Shown: one piece after another, positions 1 through 8,504 of the stretch | How positions within the stretch are numbered: the stretch's first letter is position 1 | Layout: every line of letters starts with the position of its first letter | Source of the DNA: Pseudohongiellaceae bacterium | GTDB lineage: Bacteria > Pseudomonadota > Gammaproteobacteria > Pseudomonadales > Pseudohongiellaceae | Direction of reading: 5' to 3' | Assembly (NCBI GenBank): GCA_045106275.1 | Contig: JBGCEK010000005.1 | Location: forward strand, 89 to 64,088 | Length of the DNA: 64,000 nucleotides | Translations under genes and position numbers: made by a program | Notes under the pieces: model-generated | The model's input: only the letters and a program-made list of their open reading frames with translations | What the model was told of the DNA's origin: nothing | Database searches by the model: none

Positions 1-1228
1 AAGTTGGAGTCATCGTGTCGCCCGCGCCATTGAAGGACTGAATAATTGCCATGCCTATTCCCCAAGGAATGTAACCTAAAGCAAATATCCATAAAGCTTG
101 AACTGCGTATTGCGAAGCCACCGAATCTTCGATAAAAAAGGCCACAAGAGGTTTCGCGAATAACAGCATCATTGCGGAAGCAAAGGCCATATAGAAACCG
201 TTGTATTTAACAATTTGCCAGACTGACTGCTCTGCTCGATCCGGTAGTTTAGCGCCTAGGTTCTGCCCCACTAAAGTTGCAGCAGCGTTACTCAGTCCCC
301 AGGCAGGAAGGATAGTAAACATGACAATCCTCACGCCAATTGTATAGCCAGCTACGGCATCACTGCCGAAACCAGACACAATCTGAACCAAGAACACCCA
401 ACTCGCTGTGGCCACCAGAAATTGCGCGATACCGCCTAAAGAAATACGCACTAGCGCGGCTATTGTTGACAAGTCGGGTGCCAAGTCGGCTAGATGCAAA
501 CGTATACGACCTCCTCCACCACTAATATGGTAAAGCCCGTAAACAACACCTACACCTCTTCCGATGTTAGTAGCAACGGCGGCGCCAGTTAGACCCAATT
601 CAGGAAACGGTCCATAGCCGTAAATCAAACAAGGGTCGAGAACGATGTTGATGCAGTTTGCTAGGGTCAATGCTCGCATGGCCAAAGTTGCGTCCCCTGC
701 TCCACGAAAAATTCCATTGATTAGGAACAGAAACAAAATGGTAAATGACCCAGCAAACATTAATCGAGTATAAGGAACACCAATCGCCAAAACGCGATCA
801 TCCGCTCCCATGGCCATGAGGATATTTGGGGCAAATAGTATCCCAATAACTCCAACTATTGCTGAGACCAATACACCAAGCCACATAGCCTGAGCGGCCG
901 CAAGCGATGCCCCCTCACTGTCTTCTTCTCCGATACGTCTTGCAACCATCGCAGTGGTACCCATACTCAATCCAATAGCAATGGCATAGAGTAATGTGAT
1001 CATAGCTTCAGTTAAGCCCACTGTAGCTACAGCTGCTGTGCCTAGACCAGCAACGAAAAATATATCGACCACTGCAAAAACTGATTCCATAGCCATTTCC
1101 AAAATCATGGGAATGGCTAACAAAATAGTGACTTTCGCAATTGAACCTTCGGTGTAATTAACTTCTGAGTCTCCTGCCACCGATTGCTTGAAGAGACTCC
1201 ATGCGCTTTTAAATTTTTCTATTATCAT
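1..1228 (-). CDS. MATE family efflux transporter (partial; 3' end runs off the window)
   Basis: Absent from the ORF track because it has no in-window stop. My translation of the minus strand from the ATG at 1228 gives MIIEKFKSAWSLFKQSVAGDSEVNYTEGSIAKVTILLAIPMILEMAMESVFAVVDIFFVAGLG...MVARRIGEED...YTRLMFAGSFTILFLFLINGIFRGAGDATLAMR...AATLVGQNLGAK. The frame stays open for ~409 codons to position 1 and shows the typical MATE (NorM/DinF-like) repeat pattern. Confidence 0.85.
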   Translation of the reverse strand, partial: MIIEKFKSAWSLFKQSVAGDSEVNYTEGSIAKVTILLAIPMILEMAMESVFAVVDIFFVAGLGTAAVATVGLTEAMITLLYAIAIGLSMGTTAMVARRIGEEDSEGASLAAAQAMWLGVLVSAIVGVIGILFAPNILMAMGADDRVLAIGVPYTRLMFAGSFTILFLFLINGIFRGAGDATLAMRALTLANCINIVLDPCLIYGYGPFPELGLTGAAVATNIGRGVGVVYGLYHISGGGGRIRLHLADLAPDLSTIAALVRISLGGIAQFLVATASWVFLVQIVSGFGSDAVAGYTIGVRIVMFTILPAWGLSNAAATLVGQNLGAKLPDRAEQSVWQIVKYNGFYMAFASAMMLLFAKPLVAFFIEDSVASQYAVQALWIFALGYIPWGIGMAIIQSFNGAGDTMTPT

Positions 1229-1729
1229 TGCAAATTCCAAAATAAACCTTAAGGACACGAAAGTTCCGTGACGCGATTATACGAAGGTTGGGGTAGGAGA
1301 TTTGACTGACTCAGGCGTAATGCGAGCGAGTCTTAAGGACTATGGCAACTAGGTAATTACCAAATGGCTGTAAAAGAAGCTAACGCTTCCCTTAACCGGC
1401 GGGTGTCTGCTGATGTTCGCTGATTAAGAGTCTCCGCGTAGGGGTAGCTACGACTCAAATAGCGATTTTCGATTAAGCAATTGTGCGGCCACCAAAAACT
1501 GAGAGTGCATGATTGCAAGCGGACTACGCCTTAGACCTTAACTCCAAAAGAGACTAAAAGATTCATTTTACTGTCCTCTTCTTCAATTTATTTTAATAAT
1601 ATTTGTTGCAATAGGCTGTGCTTTAAGCCAAAAGAAGCTTTATTGTATCTAAGAGTATTTAGGAAGTCTCATCTTTTCTCAGCAATTGCGCTCGCGCTTA
1701 ACCCCGCTCTAGCGAACAAGCCTCTGATA

Positions 1730-2653
1730 TTATTTAGGCAACCGAACTTGCCTTTGCCTGTTTAGCTTCTCTTGCTTTAACACCCAAGGGTCACTCAGTA
1801 AATCCCTCGCCATTGCACCCGCTGCGCTCTTATCTGTTGAATCAATCATGTGTTGAACAGTTCTATTTCCCAAATCAGCATTATGAGTTATACCCGCCTC
1901 AACTTCCTGTAGTACATAATCGCTAAGGCCTGTCGGTAATTCCAGCGAACTTACTCTTTCCGCGAGGTCACGGGATTGGGTTGACACTACATTAAGAGAG
2001 CGCTCTGAGCGACTCAGCTCTCTGGTTGGATTAAGGGCTCGATAGACTAAGTTTCTTTCAACCGGTCGGTATTCTAGCTCTCCAACTGACGAGTCACTTC
2101 CCCCACTGCAGTCCTTAATGCCTGCTTCCTCTTCCAACGGATTGCAGCTATAGGAATACAGCTGAGAACGAGATGAATCTCTGATCTGGCGGAGAGATTC
2201 TTGAACAGTGAGTACGGACGGAGCCTTTGTGCGTGGAGAGTCATAAAGCACGGGTGGCAATTCTAAATCTTGTTCGCCCGATTCTGAATATTCGGTAGAA
2301 AGTTGTTCGGGGGCCACCTCGATGGCTATCTGTTCCGCTTCAGTGGGCAAATCTAATGGAGCAACCTGATCTTCCAATTGAATCTCGCTCTCTAGATTTT
2401 GGGGGTTCGGTTCAAACAACTCTGGTGGTTCTTCTGGCGAATCTGCTTCTTTGAGGGGCAAAGATTTGGGAGTATAAAATTTAACGGCAAGTGTCGCTTT
2501 TCGATCTTCCACCGGCATATTGATAGGCCTAGTCAACACCCCCATCAAAATTAGCCCATGTAGCACTATACTTATGCCTAGGGCCGGTAAGAATTGGGTC
2601 CAGCGTGAATCCGGCTCGACCAGGTCTTCGTTTTTTCCCGCGGTTAAAATCAT
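1730..2653 (-). CDS. hypothetical membrane-anchored, highly acidic protein (TonB-like N-terminal layout, no TonB C-domain recognised)
   Basis: 307-aa ORF. It has a single N-terminal TM (FLPALGISIVLHGLILMGVL) followed by a Pro/Glu-rich stretch (EADSPEEPPELFEPNPQNLESE). The rest is acidic with no motif I recognise. Confidence 0.5.
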   Translation of the reverse strand: MILTAGKNEDLVEPDSRWTQFLPALGISIVLHGLILMGVLTRPINMPVEDRKATLAVKFYTPKSLPLKEADSPEEPPELFEPNPQNLESEIQLEDQVAPLDLPTEAEQIAIEVAPEQLSTEYSESGEQDLELPPVLYDSPRTKAPSVLTVQESLRQIRDSSRSQLYSYSCNPLEEEAGIKDCSGGSDSSVGELEYRPVERNLVYRALNPTRELSRSERSLNVVSTQSRDLAERVSSLELPTGLSDYVLQEVEAGITHNADLGNRTVQHMIDSTDKSAAGAMARDLLSDPWVLKQEKLNRQRQVRLPK

Positions 2654-2866
2654 AGGGATTCCAGCCTCATGGGGAAAAACATGCGATCGGCCATTGAACT
2701 TCTTGACGAATCACAATAGGCCGCTGATTGTTGAGCACCGGTTGAGATGGTTTTACCTATGAAGAAATACTAATGGTAATGCTTGCGACAACCAAGCCGC
2801 TACAGAGTTCCCCTATGGGAGCTAGATTTTAGTCTTTTCTCCTTGTTAACAAAAAGAGTCTTGCAC

Positions 2867-3364
2867 TTAACCGAATAGGTCAGGTGCCCTCCGGTTAGAT
2901 TCCAGATTCAATAAGGTTTCTTTAGTCTCCAAGCCCCCACCAAAACCTGTCAGCTTTCCCGAACTACCAATCACTCGATGGCAAGGAATAATAACAGGGA
3001 TTGGGTTAACTCCGTTTGCCGCACCGACAGCTCGGGAAGCCTTTGGTTTATTAATATATTTCGCGAGCTCGCCGTAGCTCCATGTTTCCCCGTAGGGAAT
3101 CTGTAAGAGCGCTTGCCAAACTGATCGCTGAAAATCTGTGCCAACTGGGTCTAATTGCAAAGTAAATTTTTCCAACTCGCCCGAAAAATAGTTATCCAAC
3201 TGGTCTACAGCATCGCGAAATGGCTCTTCCTCTCTCTGCCATCCACTTTCATGACGTCTTTGCATTTTCCCTTGGGGAAACCCTAACAAAGAAAGCCCTT
3301 TATCTGTGCCTGCCAATAACAACGACCCTATTGGTGTCGTGTGGTACGTATAATAAGTTTTCAA
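2867..3364 (-). CDS. ogt: methylated-DNA--protein-cysteine methyltransferase
   Basis: Active-site motif IPCHRVIGSSGKLTGFGGG plus the upstream SYGELA/ASRAVGAANG helix-turn-wing region. The ORF extends to 3427 (TTG). I prefer the TTG at 3364 (MKTYYTYHTTPIGSLLLAG) because a GGAGGA Shine-Dalgarno (plus-strand tcctcc, 3371-3376) sits 6 nt upstream. An ATG at 3388 is a further alternative. Confidence 0.9.
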   Translation of the reverse strand: MKTYYTYHTTPIGSLLLAGTDKGLSLLGFPQGKMQRRHESGWQREEEPFRDAVDQLDNYFSGELEKFTLQLDPVGTDFQRSVWQALLQIPYGETWSYGELAKYINKPKASRAVGAANGVNPIPVIIPCHRVIGSSGKLTGFGGGLETKETLLNLESNRRAPDLFG

Positions 3365-3449
3365 AATCCATCCTCCATAACAAACCATAGCAATAGCGAC
3401 GCAAAGGAATTCGACCTTAGCAACCAACGGACGTTTTGCTCTTCTTTGT

Positions 3450-4937
3450 CTATTTGTGTTTCATTTTATCTAACAATGGCTTGTGCACCCGACCGTAGTG
3501 AGCCCATAGCAAGAGTACTGCGTAAGAACGCCAAGGCCTCCAGTTTTCAGAAAGTTGCAGCAGCTCTTTTGGACTCAACGTTTCACCGGGCTCTGTCGCC
3601 GCTCTGCGTAAAATAAGATCTGAATAAGGAAAAGCGTCAGGGTCGCTCAAAGCTCTCATGGCTATATAATAAGCCGTCCATTCTCCGATACCCTTTATTG
3701 AACATATCGTTTTGACAAAGTCTTTAGTAGAAGTCACGCTGCTAATTCTTAAACTGCTTTCATCAACCAGTCGGGCTATTTCTTTAATCGCGTAGATCCG
3801 CTGATTCACGATACCTAAACCGCTGAGCTCTGAGTTACTCAAACACGCTGCGGTTGGGAAAACTCGATTTAAAGCAATATTGTCACAGTGATAATCATCA
3901 CCAAAGGTAGAGGCTATTCGTCCAACTAAAGTGGTCGCTGCTTTTACGGTTACCTGCTGACCAAGAACTGCTCGTACAGATACTTCAAAACCATCCCAAC
4001 ATCCCGGCACTCTCAATCCACTGTGATTTTTAACCATGGGTCCCAATACTGAGTCTTGAGCGAGCTGCTGATGGATACTTTCGCTGTCCGCTCTTAAATC
4101 AAAAATCGATCGTATGCGTTCCACTATTTGAGACAAAAAACGGGTGTTAGGGAAATTGATCTTCACCGTGACTTGATTCGACCCCTCCGTGAAGGACACT
4201 AAAAAATCCCCAGCAACCCCCTCAATGCTAATCGTCCTAGCATAGGAGTTACTTGTCACCTGTTCCACACCAGGTATGTGGCGATAAGCAAGAAACGCCA
4301 ACATAGACTGCCAATCAAAAGGAGGCCTAAAAGACAGGCTTAGCTCGATATGGCTGCTCACCCCATTAGTTTTGCCAGCTTTTTTTTGCCTTAATTCTTT
4401 TGGGGTTTTGCCATAGGTTTCAATAAACACCGCATTAAACCGACGAACACTTCCGAATCCCGAAGCGAAGCAAATGTCCGACAAGGACAGATTTGTTTCA
4501 TCGAGTAATTTTTTCGAAAAATGTAATCGTCTCGTTTGGGCGACTTCAATCGGAGACGCACCAATTCTCTCTTGAAACAACCGAGACATCTGTCGTGAGC
4601 CAACATCAAGTTCAGCGGCCAAGTCTTCAACCGAGCGATCGTCAAGATAACCCTGATCAATAAGCTGAAGCGCTCTTGACACTTTCCATGATGAGCCACT
4701 CCAGGCCGGCGTACCAGGCGAAGATTCGGGGCGGCAGCGAAGGCAGGGTCGAAATCCCGCTGTTGCCGCTGCTGCTGCAGTTGAGAACAGCTGGATATTT
4801 TTCTTCATGGGAATCTTTACTGGACAAACCGGACGGCAATAAATTCCGGTAGTCACCACCCCGACGAAAAACCTGCCATCAAAGCGAGGATCTCGACTCT
4901 GACGTGCCTGCTCCAATTCAGCAGTGTTTTCTAGCAT
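3450..4937 (-). CDS. Ada-type methylphosphotriester sensor/AraC regulator fused to AlkA-type DNA-3-methyladenine glycosylase II
   Basis: N-terminal Ada zinc domain (RFDGRFFVGVVTTGIYCRPVCP...FRPCLRCRP). An AraC-type HTH follows (SVEDLAAELDVGSRQMSRLF...SDICFASGFGSVRRFNAVF). The C-terminal HhH-GPD glycosylase part reads IKGIGEWTAYYIAMRAL.DPDAFPYSDL. It lies directly upstream of ogt on the same strand. Confidence 0.85.
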   Translation of the reverse strand: MLENTAELEQARQSRDPRFDGRFFVGVVTTGIYCRPVCPVKIPMKKNIQLFSTAAAAATAGFRPCLRCRPESSPGTPAWSGSSWKVSRALQLIDQGYLDDRSVEDLAAELDVGSRQMSRLFQERIGASPIEVAQTRRLHFSKKLLDETNLSLSDICFASGFGSVRRFNAVFIETYGKTPKELRQKKAGKTNGVSSHIELSLSFRPPFDWQSMLAFLAYRHIPGVEQVTSNSYARTISIEGVAGDFLVSFTEGSNQVTVKINFPNTRFLSQIVERIRSIFDLRADSESIHQQLAQDSVLGPMVKNHSGLRVPGCWDGFEVSVRAVLGQQVTVKAATTLVGRIASTFGDDYHCDNIALNRVFPTAACLSNSELSGLGIVNQRIYAIKEIARLVDESSLRISSVTSTKDFVKTICSIKGIGEWTAYYIAMRALSDPDAFPYSDLILRRAATEPGETLSPKELLQLSENWRPWRSYAVLLLWAHYGRVHKPLLDKMKHK

Positions 4938-5263
4938 CCTTCGTCCTCCCGCATTGCCAAACTATCTAATCAAATCAAACCCAATCTTTGCAATTAAAAC
5001 TACCTAGGGCATGCCGTTAAAAACCACCTTATCATACCTCTTCATGAATACTTTACTGGCCATTTTCGGACGTCATTAAAATATTCCTCCCTCGAAGACA
5101 TCCATCAATCTAAAACCTTCACCCGCTGCTATGCGAGCATCGCTCGGCTAGTGTATATTAGACCAGAAATTAGGTAGATAGATTTCTTTGGGCTGTATGA
5201 CCTTGTCTTTACAGTCACCTCCTACTACTAACAACATTTGAATATTAAAGAAGCGGAATAACA

Positions 5264-6943
5264 ATGTCAGATAAAGACCTTAGAAAATTTTCAAAAATCG
5301 TAGTCGATGGATTTGAACAAGCACCAAGCCGCTCCATGCTCCGAGCAGTGGGCTTCGATGATGAAGATTTTAAAAAGCCTCAGATAGGAATTGCATCAAC
5401 CTGGAGCATGGTGACTCCCTGTAACATGCACATCAATACGTTAGCAGAGGAAGTTAATAAAGGAACTGACGCCGCTGGTGGCAAAGGGGTCATCTACAAC
5501 TGCATCACAATCTCGGATGGCATTTCCATGGGCACCGAGGGTATGAAGTATTCCCTTGTATCGAGAGAGGTGATCGCAGACAGTGTTGAAACTGTCTCCG
5601 GCTGCATGGGCCACGATGGCATTATCACTATAGGTGGTTGCGACAAAAATATGCCAGGGTTACTAATGGGGATGGCTCGACTAAATAGACCTTCGATTTT
5701 CATTTACGGAGGTACAATCCAACCAGGCCCAAACCACACCAATGTGGTGTCTGTATTCGAAGCGGTGGGTGGACGAGCTGTCGGCACCGTCTCTGATATT
5801 GAGCTTAAGAACATTGAAGAAACCGCTATACCCGGCCCCGGTTCCTGTGGAGGCATGTATACCGCCAACACGATGGCTTCAGCCATTGAAGCGATGGGGA
5901 TGAGCCTACCCAATAGCTCGGCGCAAGATGCAATATCCGCTGATAAAGTTGACGATTGTTTAAGTGCCGGCGCCGCCATTATGAATTTGTTAGAAAAGGA
6001 TATTAAGCCTTCTGACATCATGACCCGCTCGGCCTTCGAAAACGCGATCAAGGTCGTAATTGCTCTCGGAGGTTCCACTAATGCCGTATTGCACCTTCTC
6101 GCCATGGCACACACTATTGGTGTGGAACTCGAACTGGATGACTTTACAACCATCGGTAAGAAAACACCGATGGTTGCTGATTTGAAACCCAGCGGTAAAT
6201 ACTTAATGTCCGAGTTAATCAAAATTGGTGGCATCCAACCTCTGATGAAAACTATGTTAGATGCAGGGATGCTCGATGGTAATTGCATGACCGTCACTGG
6301 CAAGACCTTAGCGGAGAATCTAGCGAACGTTGCCCCTTACCCAGCTGACCAAGATATCATCAAGCCCTTCGACAAGCCGATAAAAAAGGATAGCCACCTT
6401 GTAATTCTCAAGGGCAATTTGGCTCCCGGAGGCGCAGTGGCAAAAATAACAGGCAAGGAAGGACTGAACTTCACCGGCAACGCTCGAGTCTTTGAATCAG
6501 AAGAAGAATGTCTGCAAGGGGTTCTGAATGGTACCGTTGTCAAAGGAGATGTTTTAGTCATTCGCTATGAGGGACCAAAAGGCGCGCCGGGAATGCGGGA
6601 AATGCTTAGCCCAACCTCAGCTATCATGGGCAAAGGCATGGGTGAAGACGTCGCCTTAATCACCGATGGACGGTTTTCGGGTGGCTCCCATGGCTTTGTA
6701 GTCGGGCATGTGACACCGGAAGCGGTCGAAGGAGGCCCCATTGCTATTATCGAAACTGGTGACAGGATCTCTATTGACGCTGAAAACAACACCGTTAATG
6801 TCGAACTAAGCGAGGAAGAAATTTCAGCACGGTTAAGCAAATGGCAAAAGCCTGCGGCCCGATATACCCGCGGTGTTTTAGCAAAATTCGCCGCCTCAGC
6901 TGCATCGGCATCTGAAGGCGCGGTAACTGACAAGTATCTCTAA
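5264..6943 (+). CDS. ilvD: dihydroxy-acid dehydratase
   Basis: 559 aa. IlvD/Edd family signatures are present: APSRSMLRAVGF, PCNMH, SDGISMGTEGM, CDKNMPG, GSCGGMYTANTM, ITDGRFSGGSHG. Confidence 0.95.
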   Translation: MSDKDLRKFSKIVVDGFEQAPSRSMLRAVGFDDEDFKKPQIGIASTWSMVTPCNMHINTLAEEVNKGTDAAGGKGVIYNCITISDGISMGTEGMKYSLVSREVIADSVETVSGCMGHDGIITIGGCDKNMPGLLMGMARLNRPSIFIYGGTIQPGPNHTNVVSVFEAVGGRAVGTVSDIELKNIEETAIPGPGSCGGMYTANTMASAIEAMGMSLPNSSAQDAISADKVDDCLSAGAAIMNLLEKDIKPSDIMTRSAFENAIKVVIALGGSTNAVLHLLAMAHTIGVELELDDFTTIGKKTPMVADLKPSGKYLMSELIKIGGIQPLMKTMLDAGMLDGNCMTVTGKTLAENLANVAPYPADQDIIKPFDKPIKKDSHLVILKGNLAPGGAVAKITGKEGLNFTGNARVFESEEECLQGVLNGTVVKGDVLVIRYEGPKGAPGMREMLSPTSAIMGKGMGEDVALITDGRFSGGSHGFVVGHVTPEAVEGGPIAIIETGDRISIDAENNTVNVELSEEEISARLSKWQKPAARYTRGVLAKFAASAASASEGAVTDKYL

Positions 6944-6981
6944 ACGGTTTTTGATCATAGTTCTTGGGAACTGAGAAACTT

Positions 6982-7509
6982 ATGCCTGAGTTTTTTACCA
7001 ACATTGCCGGTTTGCTAGATGGCTCTTTTCTGCAATCGGCCGCGTTGTGGACTCTACGCTCAGTGCCAGGGTTCCCTCCCATCATTCAAACGATACATAT
7101 ACTTGGCATTGCCGTTCTTATGGGCACCATTGTAATGCTAAATCTCCGCGTTCTTGGATTGGCTGTACGCTCACAGCAGATTACTGAGATGGCGGACCGC
7201 ATCATGCCTTGGGTTTGGTGGGCACTGGCAAGCAACTTTGTATCCGGTGCTTTTTTTCTGTTTGCACGCCCCTATCGGTATTTCAATAATCCAGTGTTTG
7301 GCTGGAAAGTGGGCTTCTTAATCCCTGCTCTTCTGTTAACACTAGGCTTTTATTGGATGCATAAAAGAGAGCGAGGATTTTGGGAACGAAACCCTGCCAA
7401 CCTTTGGTTAGGAAGAGGACTGGCTTTGCTGTCTTTATGTTGTTGGATCATGGTCGCAATGGCCGGACGGTGGATAGCTTACGTTGAATATCTTTACTAC
7501 CCTGCCTAG
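6982..7509 (+). CDS. conserved multi-pass membrane protein (first of a pair; paralog of 39825-40358)
   Basis: Four predicted TM helices with a conserved His in TM1 (IQTIHILGIAVLMG...LRVLGL) and a C-terminal AGRWIAY motif. The ORF opens at TTG 6964; ATG 6982 is preferred. Confidence 0.6.
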   Translation: MPEFFTNIAGLLDGSFLQSAALWTLRSVPGFPPIIQTIHILGIAVLMGTIVMLNLRVLGLAVRSQQITEMADRIMPWVWWALASNFVSGAFFLFARPYRYFNNPVFGWKVGFLIPALLLTLGFYWMHKRERGFWERNPANLWLGRGLALLSLCCWIMVAMAGRWIAYVEYLYYPA

Positions 7510-7549
7510 ATATATCTATGAACTCGACAATTAGCCGGTAACGATTATC

Positions 7550-8050
7550 ATGATTTACGATTTCTTAAGGGCTCCATTTTGGATTGATATCGAAAACTGG
7601 CCAATTAGCTGGGAGATTGGTGGCACAGCCTGGTTTCCATTTTTGGAATCTGTCCATGTTATTGCTGCTGCAATGGTCTTGGGATCTATCCTCTTCGTCG
7701 ATTTAAGACTACTCGGCTTAGCCGCCAGAAATTATCCAGTATCGACTCTTTCAAAAGAATTAGTGCCATGGTCTTGGTTGGCGTTTTTTGTGGCCACCAT
7801 CACAGGCTTAGGCATGTTCATCACTCGAGCCGCTTCTCATGTTGTTAACCCTGCATTTCAGTGGAAAATAGCCTTGCTGGCCTGCGCCGGTATCAACATG
7901 CTCTATTTTCACAAAAAGATTTATAGCCAAGTAAGGGAGTGGGATACCGCTGAACTCATCCCGCTTAGAGTAAAAATGACTGGAGGTTTATCTCTAGTCC
8001 TGTGGTCCGGCGTTATGCTTGCAGGGCGCTGGGTAGGTCACATCATTTAA
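7550..8050 (+). CDS. conserved multi-pass membrane protein (second of a pair; paralog of 40367-40873)
   Basis: 166 aa. It aligns by eye with the 168-aa protein at 40367: ESVHVIAAAMVLGSILFVDLRLLGLA vs ESLHFVGLCLLFGTVGVFDLRLLGIA; NPAFQWKIALLACAGINMLYFH vs NPAFQTKLVLMLFAGINMLVFH; AGRWVGH vs CGRLITY. Confidence 0.6.
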   Translation: MIYDFLRAPFWIDIENWPISWEIGGTAWFPFLESVHVIAAAMVLGSILFVDLRLLGLAARNYPVSTLSKELVPWSWLAFFVATITGLGMFITRAASHVVNPAFQWKIALLACAGINMLYFHKKIYSQVREWDTAELIPLRVKMTGGLSLVLWSGVMLAGRWVGHII

Positions 8051-8139
8051 AGGGCACCGATGATTAAACTGCAGGTTACTTAGAGCATGTTCTGCTGTTT
8101 AATCACCAGTAGCACTTTAATCACCGGCAACACCGGCAG

Positions 8140-8301
8140 CTACTTAGTCACTAACCAAATGCTGTGAATTATGCCTGGCACATAGAAGAACAAGCACAGC
8201 ACAATGTTGATGATCAAATCCTTGCCTACCCCTTTTTTCAAAAAAACCGCAACTGGCGGTAGAAAAATCGCGAGTATTATAAGAACTAGTTTGTTATCCA
8301 T
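8140..8301 (-). CDS. Pmp3/YqaE (UPF0057) family stress-induced small hydrophobic proteolipid
   Basis: Below the 60-aa cutoff of the ORF track. My translation gives 53 aa: MDNKLVLIILAIFLPPVAVFLKKGVGKDLIINIVLCLFFYVPGIIHSIWLVTK. This matches the family pattern (ILAIFLPPxAVFL...IN..L....YxPGxIHAxYV). Confidence 0.8.
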   Translation of the reverse strand: MDNKLVLIILAIFLPPVAVFLKKGVGKDLIINIVLCLFFYVPGIIHSIWLVTK

Positions 8302-8504
8302 TGAGTTACCCTCTTAGTTAATTATTATTGCAGCCCCAATAAGCGCTTACATAGTCATTTCGGCATAACAGCCATGTTAGTCAGCCAAAAACTCTACCCT
8401 GTTCAATTTATATCCGTAAACGGAACACGGTATAATGCGGCAACGACTATGAAAGACAGTCAACAAATATGCAAGTGCCAATTTACCCAGAGAACTAATT
8501 CTTC

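Noticed and set aside
340-525. 61-aa plus-strand ORF at 340-525
   Set aside because: It is antisense to the continuous MATE transporter frame that I translated across 1-1228.
1300-1560. tmRNA, RNase P, 6S or ykkC-type riboswitch in the long gap upstream of the MATE gene
   Set aside because: I looked for the conserved tmRNA ends and tag-ORF, the RNase P GGAAAGUCCGG / ACAGAA boxes and the guanidine-I conserved segments on both strands and found none. The region is reported only as unexplained non-coding DNA.
4391-4839. ORFs 4391-4699 and 4657-4839 on the minus strand, and 3341-3616 on the plus strand
   Set aside because: They are alternative frames or antisense to the Ada/AlkA fusion and ogt genes, whose own frames carry clear family motifs.
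4938-5040. Possible Ada box in the promoter region of the Ada/AlkA gene (aattgcaaagattgg and gatagtttggcaa on the minus strand)
   Set aside because: The resemblance to the E. coli AAT-N6-GCAA / AAAGCGCA elements is only partial. The better-spaced match sits too close to the start codon to be a promoter element. It cannot be supported without comparative data.
5494-7085. Minus-strand ORFs of 69-199 aa (5494-5703, 5704-6303, 6337-6561, 6565-6933, 6795-7085) antisense to ilvD
   Set aside because: They lie almost entirely inside, and antisense to, a full-length, highly conserved ilvD frame. Their translations are low-complexity (Ser/Pro/Ala-rich) with no motifs. These are typical shadow ORFs.
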